DNA of 64,000 nucleotides from an uncultured Pirellulales bacterium (GTDB taxonomy: Bacteria > Planctomycetota > Phycisphaerae > Sedimentisphaerales > Anaerobacaceae): positions 6,102 through 70,101 of the forward strand of contig CAZHVR010000003.1 of the NCBI GenBank assembly GCA_964536225.1. The letters run 5' to 3'. The translations under genes and the position numbers were made by a program. Positions 10,601-19,859 of the stretch are shown in pieces. Each line of letters begins with the position of its first letter. Positions within the stretch are counted from its first letter, which is position 1. The notes under the pieces are model-generated. The model saw only the letters and a program-made list of their open reading frames with translations. It was not told the DNA's origin and did no database searches.

Positions 10601-11277
10601 CCGATTACCTTGCTCGCAAATCGGTCTGGGCGCTGGGCGGCGACGGCTGGGCTTACGACATCGGTTACGGCGGACTTGACCACGTCCTGGCAAACGGGGC
10701 TGATATTAACGTGCTGGTCCTCGATACCGAGGTTTACTCCAATACAGGCGGGCAGATGTCAAAATCGACACCCCGCGCAGCGGTCGCAAAGTTCGCCGCA
10801 GGCGGAAAGCCCGCGCCGAAGAAAGATTTGGGTTTGCTGGCTATGACTTACGGCAATATCTACGTCGCCAAAGTGGCGATGGGCGCAAATACAAACCAGA
10901 CCGTCCGGGCGTTTGTCGAGGCCGAATCATACCCGGGCCCGTCACTGATAATCGCTTATACACAGTGCATCAACCACGGCATCGATATGACGACGGGTTA
11001 CGATGAGCAGAAAAAGGCGGTGGCCTGCGGACACTGGCCGTTGTATCGGTTCGACCCGCGATTGAAAGAGCAAGGCAAGAATCCGCTGCAGCTCGATTCG
11101 AAGCCGCCGACTATGAAATTCGAAGAATACGCCTACGGCGAGACCCGGTACCGCAGCCTGCAAAAGTCAAAACCCGAGGCGGCCCAGCAGCTGATGAAAC
11201 TGGCCAACGCCGACGCCGCCGACAGATACGCTTTGATGGAGCAGTTGGCCAAACTGCAGTGCGGCAAAACCGAGTGA
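7663..11277 (+). CDS. nifJ: Pyruvate:ferredoxin (flavodoxin) oxidoreductase, single-polypeptide type
   Basis: 1204 aa. Two ferredoxin-type clusters CIQCGTCSFVCP and CTGCGVCVQMCP. TPP-binding GGDGWAYDIGYGGLDH. The end-to-end layout is typical of NifJ/YdbK PFOR. Confidence 0.97.
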   Translation: MASSTKLTTGRKMVTIDGNAAAAHVAHATNEVIAIYPITPSSPMGEIADDKTARGQKNIWGTIPSVTEMQSEGGAAGAVHGALTAGALTTTFTASQGLLLMIPDMYKIAAELLPAVFHISARSLAAHALSIFGDHADVMACRQTGWAMLSSNSIQEVMDFALIAQQATLASRIPFLHFFDGFRTSHEIQKVEELTLDDMRAMIDDELVSAAKARALNPDRPMIAGTSQNPDVYFQGREVANKFYQAVPGIVQETMDKFAKIVGRNYHLFDYIGAADAEKIIVIMGSGAETAHETTEFLASKGQKVGVVKVRLFRPFSTEAFINALPKTAKKIAVLDRTKEPGSLGEPLYMDIRTAIGEAMAKRQTSFKEYPVVVGGRYGLGSKEFTPAMVKAVFDNLDAKEPKNGFTVGIIDDVANTSLDVDESFVLPAEGIYTAMFYGLGSDGTVGANHNSIRIIGEQTDNNAQGYFVYDSKKAGAITISHLRFGKKTIRRPYLINRADFVACHNPSFLEKYDMLSAAKEGATFLLTSMYPADKVWDTLPQEVQKQIIDKKLKLYVVDAISIAQEIGLGARINTIMQVAFFKISNIIPIDTAVKAIKDAIQKSYGKKGERIVKMNNDAVDTALERVYEVKVPDKATSKIGMREVVPGDAPDFVKSVTAEIMALRGDKLPTSKFPIDGKWPTGTTRYEKRNIAVNIPVWEPQVCIQCGTCSFVCPHGTIRLKAYDAKFLEKAPAAFKSTDAKGKDLAGMKFTVQVAPEDCTGCGVCVQMCPAQEKDANKQPTGRKAINMSLQEPLRAQERENYAHFLSIPNTDPKLFKRESVKGSQLIMPLFEYSGACAGCGETPYVKLLTQLFGDRAMIGNATGCSSIYGGNLPTTPYTKREDGRGPVWSNSLFEDNSEFALGMRLTVDKSKQQAVELLDIVAQKGCVDAGLAGEINAAAAANDPSQDAIEQQRTRIAKLKEQCKKSDCPECRRLLTFADYLARKSVWALGGDGWAYDIGYGGLDHVLANGADINVLVLDTEVYSNTGGQMSKSTPRAAVAKFAAGGKPAPKKDLGLLAMTYGNIYVAKVAMGANTNQTVRAFVEAESYPGPSLIIAYTQCINHGIDMTTGYDEQKKAVACGHWPLYRFDPRLKEQGKNPLQLDSKPPTMKFEEYAYGETRYRSLQKSKPEAAQQLMKLANADAADRYALMEQLAKLQCGKTE

Positions 11278-11306
11278 GAAAAAAACATTGGTTGATGGAA
11301 TAAATT

Positions 11307-12086
11307 ATGGGACAGGTCAGGGCGATAGTTCTGCGAGCGGCAGGGATTAACTGCGACCTGGAGACGCAGAACGCCCTCAAACTGGCCGGCGCCAAGGCCG
11401 ACCGCGTTCATATAAACAGAATAATCGAAGATAAATCGCTTCTCGACCGGTATCAGATACTCGTAATCCCCGGCGGTTTCAGCTACGGCGACGACGTCGC
11501 GGCGGGAAAAATCCTGGCCAACCAAATCAAACATCATCTCTTCGAGCGGGCACAAAAGTTCATCGACGACGGCAAACTGGTCCTCGGCATTTGCAACGGT
11601 TTTCAGGTGCTCGTAAAAACAGGAATATTGCCCTTCACCGATACCGCCGGCCAGGCGGTCACCGTCACTTATAATGACAGCAACAAATTCGAGGACAGGT
11701 GGGTTTATCTCGCCCCGCAAACCAAAAAGCGTGTGTTTATTGAGCCGGACAGACAGATTTATCTCCCCGTTGCTCACGGCGAGGGCAAGGTAGTTACCAA
11801 AGATGAGCAGACGCTCGGAAAACTTCTCTCGGAAGATTTCGTCGCTTTCAAATACGTCGATGAAAACGGCAATGTTGGTGATTACCCCGTCAATCCCAAC
11901 GGCTCGGTTGATTCCATCGCCGGACTAACCGACGCAACGGGCAGGGTACTGGGCCTTATGCCCCATCCCGAGCGGCACGTCAGACACACGCAGCACCCAC
12001 GATGGACCCGTCACAAAGATGAAAAAGACCCGGATGGAATGACCATTTTAAACAACGCTGTAAAATATGTAAAGACGAACCTGTGA
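11307..12086 (+). CDS. purQ: Phosphoribosylformylglycinamidine synthase, glutaminase subunit PurQ
   Basis: Class-I amidotransferase nucleophile GICNGFQ. HGEG and MPHPER motifs. Confidence 0.88.
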   Translation: MGQVRAIVLRAAGINCDLETQNALKLAGAKADRVHINRIIEDKSLLDRYQILVIPGGFSYGDDVAAGKILANQIKHHLFERAQKFIDDGKLVLGICNGFQVLVKTGILPFTDTAGQAVTVTYNDSNKFEDRWVYLAPQTKKRVFIEPDRQIYLPVAHGEGKVVTKDEQTLGKLLSEDFVAFKYVDENGNVGDYPVNPNGSVDSIAGLTDATGRVLGLMPHPERHVRHTQHPRWTRHKDEKDPDGMTILNNAVKYVKTNL

Positions 12087-12177
12087 CTCCATTGTAGCTG
12101 CCCCCAAAATATTCACGGCAATATTATTTCTGCATCTTTTCAGAACAGGCCAAAGGCCTTTTCGCAAAATCCCGCAT

Positions 12178-12525
12178 TTAACTGTCCGCCGTTTTCCGCC
12201 GGCGCATCAGAAACCCGGAAAGCCCTAACAGCGCGACCGTCGTCGGCTCCGGCAGCCAGTTAATAATCGCAGTATTAGTTACCCGTTCGTCTGGTTTGCC
12301 CGGCGGTTGTACGGCTTCCTCCAAGCACACGATATAAACAGAGCCGCTGTTATCCTGTATCTCAAACACGGTGACTGCCGAGGCCGTCAGCACAATATTA
12401 TCTGAAACAGCAATTTCATTCGACGGACGCCTTATTCCCGCCTCTGCTCCCGCTGCTTCGACTCTTTCGACTGCGCTCAAGACAGGCACGCCCAAAACAA
12501 GCATTGAAATCAGCACCTTTTTCAT
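12178..12525 (-). CDS. Small secreted PEP-CTERM sorting-domain protein
   Basis: Signal peptide MKKVLISMLVLGVPVLSA. C-terminal PEP-CTERM signature LPEPTTVALLGLSGFLMRRRK. Strong SD (GGAGGTGA) upstream of the ATG. Confidence 0.85.
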   Translation of the reverse strand: MKKVLISMLVLGVPVLSAVERVEAAGAEAGIRRPSNEIAVSDNIVLTASAVTVFEIQDNSGSVYIVCLEEAVQPPGKPDERVTNTAIINWLPEPTTVALLGLSGFLMRRRKTADS

Positions 12526-12699
12526 TTTTCACCTCCCTGTCTGAAAGTTTTTCAGACCACACTTTCTTTATGTCACCATTGTTGTTTGATATGCAAAAAC
12601 TGTCTATTGGCAAAATGCCTAATTGGAGTGTCGAAAATGCTCATACTACAGCGGGATTCGGCAGCATGGTGACACGCGTGCCGTAGAACCGAGAGCGAA

Positions 12700-14496
12700 T
12701 CAGTCGGAGGTATCTAAGATGCTCATAAAGGCCTGCTGGGGGATTTGCACCGAGCCGATGCTTTTCATTCTTTTTTTGCCTTCTTTTTGCCTTTTGAGCA
12801 CCTTCATTTTTCTGGTGACATCGCCTCCATAGAGTTTCGCGGTGACGTCTTTTCTGAAGGGCTTGATTGTTTCCCTGGCGATGATTTTGCCGCCGATTGC
12901 GACCTGCAGCGGTATCTCGAACTGGTGGCGTGGAATGGCCTTTCGCAGGCGGATGAGCATCTTCCGGCCCCTCGCCTCAGCCGTATTGCGATGAACAATC
13001 AAAGACAGGGCATCGACGGCAACTTTGTTGACTAAGATATTGATTTTTACAAGGTCGCTGGCCTCGAAGCCGGTGAATTCGTAATCCATAGTCGCGTAGC
13101 CGTGGCTGACACCCTTGAGCAAATCGTAAAAGTCATAAACAATTTCCGCCAAGGGCGCCTTGTATTCGAGCATAACGCGCGTCTGGCTGAGATAGTCCGT
13201 TTTGAGCAGCTTGCAGCGCCGGCTCTCGGCCAGTTTCATAATCCCGCCTATGGAATCGGTGCCGGTGATAATCTCAAGTCGGACAAACGGCTCGCGCAGC
13301 TCCTGTATATGAGTCACATCGGGCAGGTCGGCAGGTGAATCGATTTTTCTGACCAATCCATCCGTGGTTAAGACCTCGTAGCTTACGGTCGGCGCGGTCT
13401 GAACGACGTCGATATCGTGCTCGCGTTCCAGGCGTTCCTGGATGATTTCCATATGTAAAAGCCCAAGAAAGCCGCACCTGAAGCCGAAACCCAGCGCCGG
13501 GGAATTCTGAGGCACAAAGGAAAAACTCGCATCGTTGAGGGCAAGCTTCTCGAAGGCACTGCGCAGTTTCGGATAATCGGTATTGTTGCCGGGATAAAAA
13601 TCCGAAAAGACCATCTGCATCGGCGTCACGTAACCCGGAAGCGGCTTTGCCGCGGGCTTGTTATCGTCGGTAATCGTATCGCCGATGGTGACATCGGACA
13701 ACTGGCGAATATTGGCGATAACGTAGCCGACCTCGCCGGAGCCCAGTCGCTCGATGGGGGTCATCTTCGGAGCGAACTTTCCAAGCTCGGTTACGAGATA
13801 AGTCCTGCCAGCCCCCATAAACCTGATTTTCTGTTTTACTTTAAGCTCGCCCGCAAAGACCCTGACGTAACATATTACGCCGCGATAATCGTCATTGATA
13901 CTGTCGAAGACAAGCGCCGCCGTCGGCTCGCCGCTCCGGTCCGGCGGCGGCGGAAGCAGCGTTACAATCGCGCCCAGAAGCTCGCGGACGCCGAGACCGG
14001 TTTTTGCGCTGATGCGAAAACAATCGTGCTTTTTAATCCCTAAGATATGCTCGATTTCCTCCGCCGTGATTTCCGGCTGTGCCGACGGCAGGTCAACCTT
14101 GTTGATTACGCCAATAAGCTCAGCGTTTGACTCGGTCGCCAGATAGGCGTTGGCTACCGTCTGGGCCTGTACCCCCTGGGTCGCGTCAACAACGAGAAGC
14201 GCTCCCTCACAAGCCGTAAGGGCGCGCGAGACCTCGTAATGAAAATCCACGTGGCCCGGCGTATCTATCAGGTTGAGCATATAATCCCTGCCTTCAAAAC
14301 GGTATTTCATCGTTACCGCCGAGGCCTTTATGGTGATGCCGCGTTCCCGCTCGATATCCATATCGTCGAGCAGCTGGTCTTTCTTATCGCGGCCGCTCAC
14401 GGAGCCGGTAATTTCCAGCATGCGGTCGGCCAGCGTGCTCTTGCCATGGTCGATATGCGCTATTATCGAAAAATTTCTTATGCGTTCGGTACTCAT
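12700..14496 (-). CDS. lepA: Elongation factor 4 (LepA)
   Basis: G1 motif IIAHIDHGKSTLADR, DTPGHVDF, NKVDL. Full-length LepA-type C-terminus. Confidence 0.97.
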   Translation of the reverse strand: MSTERIRNFSIIAHIDHGKSTLADRMLEITGSVSGRDKKDQLLDDMDIERERGITIKASAVTMKYRFEGRDYMLNLIDTPGHVDFHYEVSRALTACEGALLVVDATQGVQAQTVANAYLATESNAELIGVINKVDLPSAQPEITAEEIEHILGIKKHDCFRISAKTGLGVRELLGAIVTLLPPPPDRSGEPTAALVFDSINDDYRGVICYVRVFAGELKVKQKIRFMGAGRTYLVTELGKFAPKMTPIERLGSGEVGYVIANIRQLSDVTIGDTITDDNKPAAKPLPGYVTPMQMVFSDFYPGNNTDYPKLRSAFEKLALNDASFSFVPQNSPALGFGFRCGFLGLLHMEIIQERLEREHDIDVVQTAPTVSYEVLTTDGLVRKIDSPADLPDVTHIQELREPFVRLEIITGTDSIGGIMKLAESRRCKLLKTDYLSQTRVMLEYKAPLAEIVYDFYDLLKGVSHGYATMDYEFTGFEASDLVKINILVNKVAVDALSLIVHRNTAEARGRKMLIRLRKAIPRHQFEIPLQVAIGGKIIARETIKPFRKDVTAKLYGGDVTRKMKVLKRQKEGKKRMKSIGSVQIPQQAFMSILDTSD

Positions 14497-14533
14497 AAAT
14501 TTCAGAGTCGGCTATTATACCAAAGACACATTA

Positions 14534-15730
14534 TTATACGTCTGAAAAATCGCACAGAACCGAATCTGCAATTGGAATCGCCGCCCGCGCAAGAAACAAT
14601 CGACCGTCGGCCATCTCAATCAGGCCAAGCTCTCTGTGTTTACCGATTGTATCTGCGAACAACTCCATCGCATCGAAGCCGGTTCGGCTTTTGAATTCTT
14701 TCAGGTCAATGCCGCAACGTCTGCGGAGATTCAAAACCGCCGTTTCACAGGCAATCTGAGTTTTGCTCGGAATTTCACTTTCGGCTGTCGCATCCACTCC
14801 CTTTTCAATTGCTTCTATGTATTTTTCTATATCGGCGACGTTGAGCGTCCGCCTGCCCTGCCGGTACGAGCCGGCTGCAGGACCTACGCCGATGTAGGGA
14901 TTATTCTGCCAATAGTTGAGGTTGTGTCTGCACTCGAATCCGGGCCTTGCGAAATTCGATATCTCATATTGCTTGAAGCCGGCACGTTCGAGCACTTCAA
15001 TGGCCGTCTCATACATCGCCCGGTCGGTCTCTTCATCAACGGGCCTGACTTCACCCGCGGCAGCCGATTTTTTAAGAGGCGTTTTTTCTTCGTAAGTCAG
15101 TGCGTAAGCGGAGATATGCTGAATATCCAGGTCAATCGCAGATTGCAAGCTGCATTTCCACGAATCGAGCGTTGAACTGCCTGTCCCGAGCGAAGTCGAG
15201 GGAGGGATAGCGAAAATCAAATCAAGGCCGATATTCCCAAATCCCGCCTGTTTGGCCGCCTCGACAGTCCTGAAAATGTCATCGACAGTGTGCAATCTGC
15301 CTAAAAATTGCAGTTCGTCGGCGTTGAAGGATTGTGCCCCTATTGAAATCCGGTTTACGCCTGCGGTGCTTAACCGGCTCAATATTGTTTTATCCGCTTG
15401 GCCGGGATTGACTTCTACAGTAAACTCCTGGGAATTAGGGAATTTTGAGGTAATTTCACCAACCAGCCGCAGAAGCTGATTTCTCGGCAGACAGTTTGGA
15501 CTTCCCCCGCCTATATAAATCGTTTGGGGCGGAAAAGGGGGCAGGCACCTTTTTTGGTCAAGTTCGGCTAATATCGCAGAAATCAGCCGGCCGGAGTCGT
15601 GGTTTTTGATCGGCTCTGAGTAAAAGCCGCAGTAACGGCACTTCGCCTCGCAAAAAGGTATGTGCACATAAAAGCCAACAGTCCCCCTGCCCGGCGGGCA
15701 AAATTTACTGTCAAATTTTTCACTGTTCAT
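14534..15730 (-). CDS. hemW: Radical SAM heme chaperone HemW / HemN-like oxygen-independent coproporphyrinogen oxidase family
   Basis: CEAKCRYCGF radical SAM motif near the N-terminus, IYIGGGSP, HemN C-terminal domain. Adjacent to lepA, as is commonly seen. Confidence 0.9.
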   Translation of the reverse strand: MNSEKFDSKFCPPGRGTVGFYVHIPFCEAKCRYCGFYSEPIKNHDSGRLISAILAELDQKRCLPPFPPQTIYIGGGSPNCLPRNQLLRLVGEITSKFPNSQEFTVEVNPGQADKTILSRLSTAGVNRISIGAQSFNADELQFLGRLHTVDDIFRTVEAAKQAGFGNIGLDLIFAIPPSTSLGTGSSTLDSWKCSLQSAIDLDIQHISAYALTYEEKTPLKKSAAAGEVRPVDEETDRAMYETAIEVLERAGFKQYEISNFARPGFECRHNLNYWQNNPYIGVGPAAGSYRQGRRTLNVADIEKYIEAIEKGVDATAESEIPSKTQIACETAVLNLRRRCGIDLKEFKSRTGFDAMELFADTIGKHRELGLIEMADGRLFLARAAIPIADSVLCDFSDV

Positions 15731-16423
15731 TTGCTAATTTTAGCACAAATACCCCATTTTGACAGTATTTGTTCTTGGTATTCAGAAAGTTAGTAAGGTC
15801 ATATAAATTCGGGGTTAAAACACTGATTTGAGGCAATCGTGTATCTTAGAATGGGCAGCCTTATCAGGAAACAGGAGACAGACGAAAATTTTGCCCCAAA
15901 ATCAGCGATTTTGTACTGATTTTTGTTGACCGGATACCAAAAAAAGTTTACCATCGTTCCAAGTTTGCCGATGCAACTCTGTAACAAGAGTTGAAAGCGT
16001 AATTGCGGGACAACTTTGATGATACGAGGCAACGGATTAAGCTACACTCACCCCCGCTGCTTCGCTTTGCGAAGCAAAATGTGGGTGTGAATCCAGGAAT
16101 GAATAGTGCGGTAATGAAATCTGAACTTTTGACTCGCCGAAAGTAAGGCGAGACAGTAAAAGGAGCCCAGATGTATCGGGCAAACGTAAAAACACCCGGA
16201 GTTGCCGTCAAAGGCGGCTCTAACTTCGAAAAAAAACCGGATTCCCCATTCAGGGAAAGAGTCCGGATTGCAGGTGTTTTTACGTTTTAATCAAGAATTT
16301 CATACCGTAACACATTTCTCGAGCTTCGGCTTAACAAGCCGAAAAGTGGCTTTTCTGTTCTAAATCCCGCAATATGCTTCGGCACTAAGATTGTGTTTTT
16401 AAACATTTGGGAAGGCGAAGAAT

Positions 16424-18004
16424 ATGAACGGGATACTAATGCAAGTTGACGTCACCGCTATCCTTGCCGTAATCTCCGGCCTTTTAGTTGGAATGTCCAT
16501 TACCATTATCGTGGACAGGTTCATCATAAAGGCAAAGGCCAAGACCTTTAAGGAAGACCTCCAGCGACAGCTCGACGGCGCCAATAAGGAAGCGGAAAAC
16601 ATCATCAAGGCCGCACAGATAGAAGCGGCCGCTGAAACCATCAAGAAAAGGGAGCAGTTTAACTCTGAGGCGAATCAGATTCGCGCGGAATTCAGGGAAA
16701 CTGAACTTCGGCTCACTAAACGCGAGGACACGCTGGACAAACAGCTCGAGCAGACAAGACAAAAGGAAAAGACGCTTGAGGAGCAGGGGAAGGAGATTGA
16801 AAGACGCCTGCAAAACATCGACCTCAAAGATAAGCAGCTTTCGACGGTGATTGCGCAGCAAAAGAATCAGCTGCTGAAAATGACGGCTATGAGCGTTGAC
16901 GAGGCCAAGGAAATGCTGCTTAAACGGCTGGAAGACGAATGCGAGCTTGAGATGTCCGCCCTGATTCAGCGAAAAACAGAGGAAGCAATGGAAAAGGCGG
17001 CTGAAAAAAGCAGAGAGATAATAAGCACGGCGATTCAGCGATACGTGGCCGAGCAGACCTGCGAAGTGACCGTCTCGACGGTCGAGATTCCAAACGACGA
17101 TATGAAAGGCCGGGTCATCGGCAGGGAAGGACGCAACATTCGCGCCTTTGAAAAGGCAACCGGCGTTGACGTCATTGTGGACGATACCCCGGGTATGATT
17201 GTCGTCAGCGGTTTTGACCCGGTCAGGCGCGAGGTGGCACGCCTCTCAATGGAACGGCTGATTCAGGACGGACGAATACATCCTTCCAGAATCGAAGAGC
17301 TTGTCGCACAAACCAAAAAAGAGATAAACGCCAAGGTCCTGCAGCTCGGCAAAGACGCCGCCGTGGAAACAAACGTCCGGGGCCTGAACAATCGCGTGTT
17401 GAGCATGATTGGCGCTCTGAATTACCGGACAAGCTACGGCCAGAATATCCTGCGACACTCGGTCGAGGTTGCGTTTTTGGCTCAGGTTATGGCAGACGAG
17501 CTTGACCTGGACGGCTCAATCGCACGTCGAGCGGGCCTGCTGCACGATATCGGCAAGGCCCTCGACCACGAAATCGAAGGAAGCCACCCCGTAATAGGCG
17601 CCAATTTCCTGCGAAGATTCAACGAGTCGCCCGTGATACTAAACGCCGTCGAAGGCCATCACGGAGATTTGCCGCCTAATAATCCTTACACGGTGCTGAT
17701 TTCCGCCGCCGACGCAATCAGCGCATCGAGGCCCGGCGCCCGGAGAGAAACGCTCGAAAGATATATCAAGCGGCTTGAAAAACTCGAAGAGATAGCCAAC
17801 AGCTTCCAGGGCGTCGAGAACGCATACGCCATTCAGGCGGGCCGCGAGATTCGCGTAATAGTCAGCGCCGAAAAAGTGCCCGATGAGGCGGCGGCCAAAG
17901 TGGCACGCGACATCGCCAAAAAAGTCGAAGACGAAATGACCTATCCGGGCGAAATACAGGTGACGCTGCTGCGAGAGCTTCGCTGTGTCGAATACGCAAG
18001 ATAA
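16424..18004 (+). CDS. rny: Ribonuclease Y
   Basis: N-terminal TM helix, long coiled coil, KH domain GRVIGREGRNIRAFE, HD domain LLHDIGKA. Confidence 0.95.
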   Translation: MNGILMQVDVTAILAVISGLLVGMSITIIVDRFIIKAKAKTFKEDLQRQLDGANKEAENIIKAAQIEAAAETIKKREQFNSEANQIRAEFRETELRLTKREDTLDKQLEQTRQKEKTLEEQGKEIERRLQNIDLKDKQLSTVIAQQKNQLLKMTAMSVDEAKEMLLKRLEDECELEMSALIQRKTEEAMEKAAEKSREIISTAIQRYVAEQTCEVTVSTVEIPNDDMKGRVIGREGRNIRAFEKATGVDVIVDDTPGMIVVSGFDPVRREVARLSMERLIQDGRIHPSRIEELVAQTKKEINAKVLQLGKDAAVETNVRGLNNRVLSMIGALNYRTSYGQNILRHSVEVAFLAQVMADELDLDGSIARRAGLLHDIGKALDHEIEGSHPVIGANFLRRFNESPVILNAVEGHHGDLPPNNPYTVLISAADAISASRPGARRETLERYIKRLEKLEEIANSFQGVENAYAIQAGREIRVIVSAEKVPDEAAAKVARDIAKKVEDEMTYPGEIQVTLLRELRCVEYAR

Positions 18005-18063
18005 TTGTTGACCCGTCCGACTTGCCTGACGTATCTGGCAGGTCGGACCCGTCGGAAAAAATT

Positions 18064-18915
18064 ATGAAACTCAATATTCTCTGCATAGGTGATATTGTCG
18101 GCAGGCCCGGCAGGCGCGTGTTGGCGGACAAGCTCAAAGAGCTTGTAAGCAAATGGGAGATTGACTGCGTAATCGTCAACGCCGAAAACGCCGCCGGGGG
18201 CAGCGGCCTCACACCGCAGATATACAACAAACTCTTGCACTACGGAGTGAATTTAATCACGCTGGGCGACCATACCTACCGCAAGAAAGAAATAATCGAG
18301 ACCCTTGAGACACAGGACAATATCGCCAGGCCCGCCAACTGGTCGGAGCTGGCCGCCGGCAGAAGCATCGCGCTCTACAAAACAGCCAAAGGCCCGACGG
18401 TCGCGGTGATACCATTGATTGGCCGGCTTTTTATGAAGCCGGCCGAATGCCCCTACAACACAATAGATAAACTGCTGCCCAAAGCAGACACTCAGGCGGA
18501 AATTATCTTCGTTGATTTTCACGCCGAGGCGACCAGCGAAAAAATCGCTATGGGCTATCATCTTGACGGCAGGGTAAGCTGCGTTTTCGGGACCCATACC
18601 CACATCCCGACCGCCGATGAGAAAATCCTGCCCAAGGGCACCGCTTATATCACCGACATCGGTATGACCGGGGCCCACGATTCGGTAATCGGCCGGGGAG
18701 CCGAAAGTGTGCTCAAATCCTTCAGGACGCGAATGCCCGTGCCCTTTGAAGTGGCCACAGGCGACGTTAAAATTAACGGAATAATCGTGACTGTGGACAG
18801 CGCTACGAAAAAAGCCGAGCATATCAAGCGAGTCAGAATCGACGCCGAGACCGCCGATACGACCCGATACGACCGTGATGACGGCAAACCCGAATACTAC
18901 GGCAGTTTCGAATAG
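18064..18915 (+). CDS. ymdB: TIGR00282/YmdB-family metallophosphoesterase (2',3'-cyclic-nucleotide phosphodiesterase)
   Basis: MKLNILCIGDIVGRPGR start motif, NAENAAGG, DFHAEATSEK. Conserved rny-ymdB adjacency. The ORF is open from 18022 but the canonical N-terminus starts at 18064. Confidence 0.9.
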   Translation: MKLNILCIGDIVGRPGRRVLADKLKELVSKWEIDCVIVNAENAAGGSGLTPQIYNKLLHYGVNLITLGDHTYRKKEIIETLETQDNIARPANWSELAAGRSIALYKTAKGPTVAVIPLIGRLFMKPAECPYNTIDKLLPKADTQAEIIFVDFHAEATSEKIAMGYHLDGRVSCVFGTHTHIPTADEKILPKGTAYITDIGMTGAHDSVIGRGAESVLKSFRTRMPVPFEVATGDVKINGIIVTVDSATKKAEHIKRVRIDAETADTTRYDRDDGKPEYYGSFE

Positions 18916-18929
18916 CTTACCGCAGCCGC

Positions 18930-19859
18930 TCACGTTGTCGGCGGAGAAAGATTTTTTTCTGCTGAAATTGCCAGCGCCGACCCGGCCACAAGGACAATTC
19001 CGAAAACCCACTGCATCGGATTCAACGCCTCGCTGAAAACAAAATAAGAAATGATCCCAACAACGAACGGCTGGGCAAGCTGGACCAGCGACGGGACCGT
19101 CGAGCCGATACGGCGAATAGACGTATAATACAGCACGTGTCCCAAGGCAATGCCGACAATTCCGGAAACAATGGTTGCGACCCAGCCCGCCGTCGGCATT
19201 TGAAGCGACTCCGCCGGCCGGCCCCGGAATAGTATCAGAACGAACAATCCCGCCACGGTATAAATGCTGACGACCGAAAAACCTGTCCTCGAATCAATGT
19301 CTCGAAACGCGATTTTTACCGCCACCCCGTAAAAACCCCATATAAGGCCGTAAAGCAGGACTATCGTGATTCCGATTTTCGTGTATGACTGCATAAAGGC
19401 GGGATGAAAAAGCATCACGCCCGCCAGGCCGACCACCGACAGGAGAATGCTTAATCGAAAAAGCCGGTTCCCAAGCAATTTTCTCTCCTCAGCGAAAATT
19501 ATAATCGACAGTATTATGACCCAGAGAAACCCAGTCATCGATAACAGCGACGCAAAGCCGGGATTAATGTAATAAAATGCCGCCGCCCACAGATTCTGCA
19601 TAATAATGTTGGGTATAAAAGGCAATAACGCCCTTTTCCAGACCGCCTTCGGCAGACGCCCCGCCTTTATCTGGTAAAGCAGAAAAGGCAGCCAGAACAA
19701 CGATGCCGCGGCGTATCGCAGCACGTTCTGCGTCCATAAATCGAGGTATCCGGTCAGATACTTGATAAATAATGGTGCGCTCGACCAGCATATAAGAGTT
19801 CCGATACAGCTCAATATGGCCGGCAGACGATAACGGCTGGATGTTGTTTCGTTCATCAT
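18930..19859 (-). CDS. EamA/DMT-family transporter
   Basis: About ten predicted TM helices in two EamA-like halves. Start set at MMNETTSS (19859), where it overlaps the stop of the upstream MBL gene by 1 nt. The Arg-rich 102-aa extension of the tracked ORF overlaps the MBL gene in another frame and is rejected. Confidence 0.8.
   Translation of the reverse strand: MMNETTSSRYRLPAILSCIGTLICWSSAPLFIKYLTGYLDLWTQNVLRYAAASLFWLPFLLYQIKAGRLPKAVWKRALLPFIPNIIMQNLWAAAFYYINPGFASLLSMTGFLWVIILSIIIFAEERKLLGNRLFRLSILLSVVGLAGVMLFHPAFMQSYTKIGITIVLLYGLIWGFYGVAVKIAFRDIDSRTGFSVVSIYTVAGLFVLILFRGRPAESLQMPTAGWVATIVSGIVGIALGHVLYYTSIRRIGSTVPSLVQLAQPFVVGIISYFVFSEALNPMQWVFGIVLVAGSALAISAEKNLSPPTT

Noticed and set aside
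16170-16290. Possible c-di-GMP-I (GEMM) riboswitch (GGGCAAAC... CGUCAAAGGCGGC) or tmRNA tag-like reading frame
   Set aside because: Only fragmentary resemblance to the GEMM consensus, since the ACGCAAAGCC and tetraloop-receptor features are absent. There is no tRNA-like acceptor/T-arm (GGUUCGA..CCA) for tmRNA. I kept it only as an unassigned structured region.
18253-19011. 252-aa ORF on the minus strand
   Set aside because: It is antisense to the ymdB-like gene and runs across an intergenic gap. Shadow ORF.
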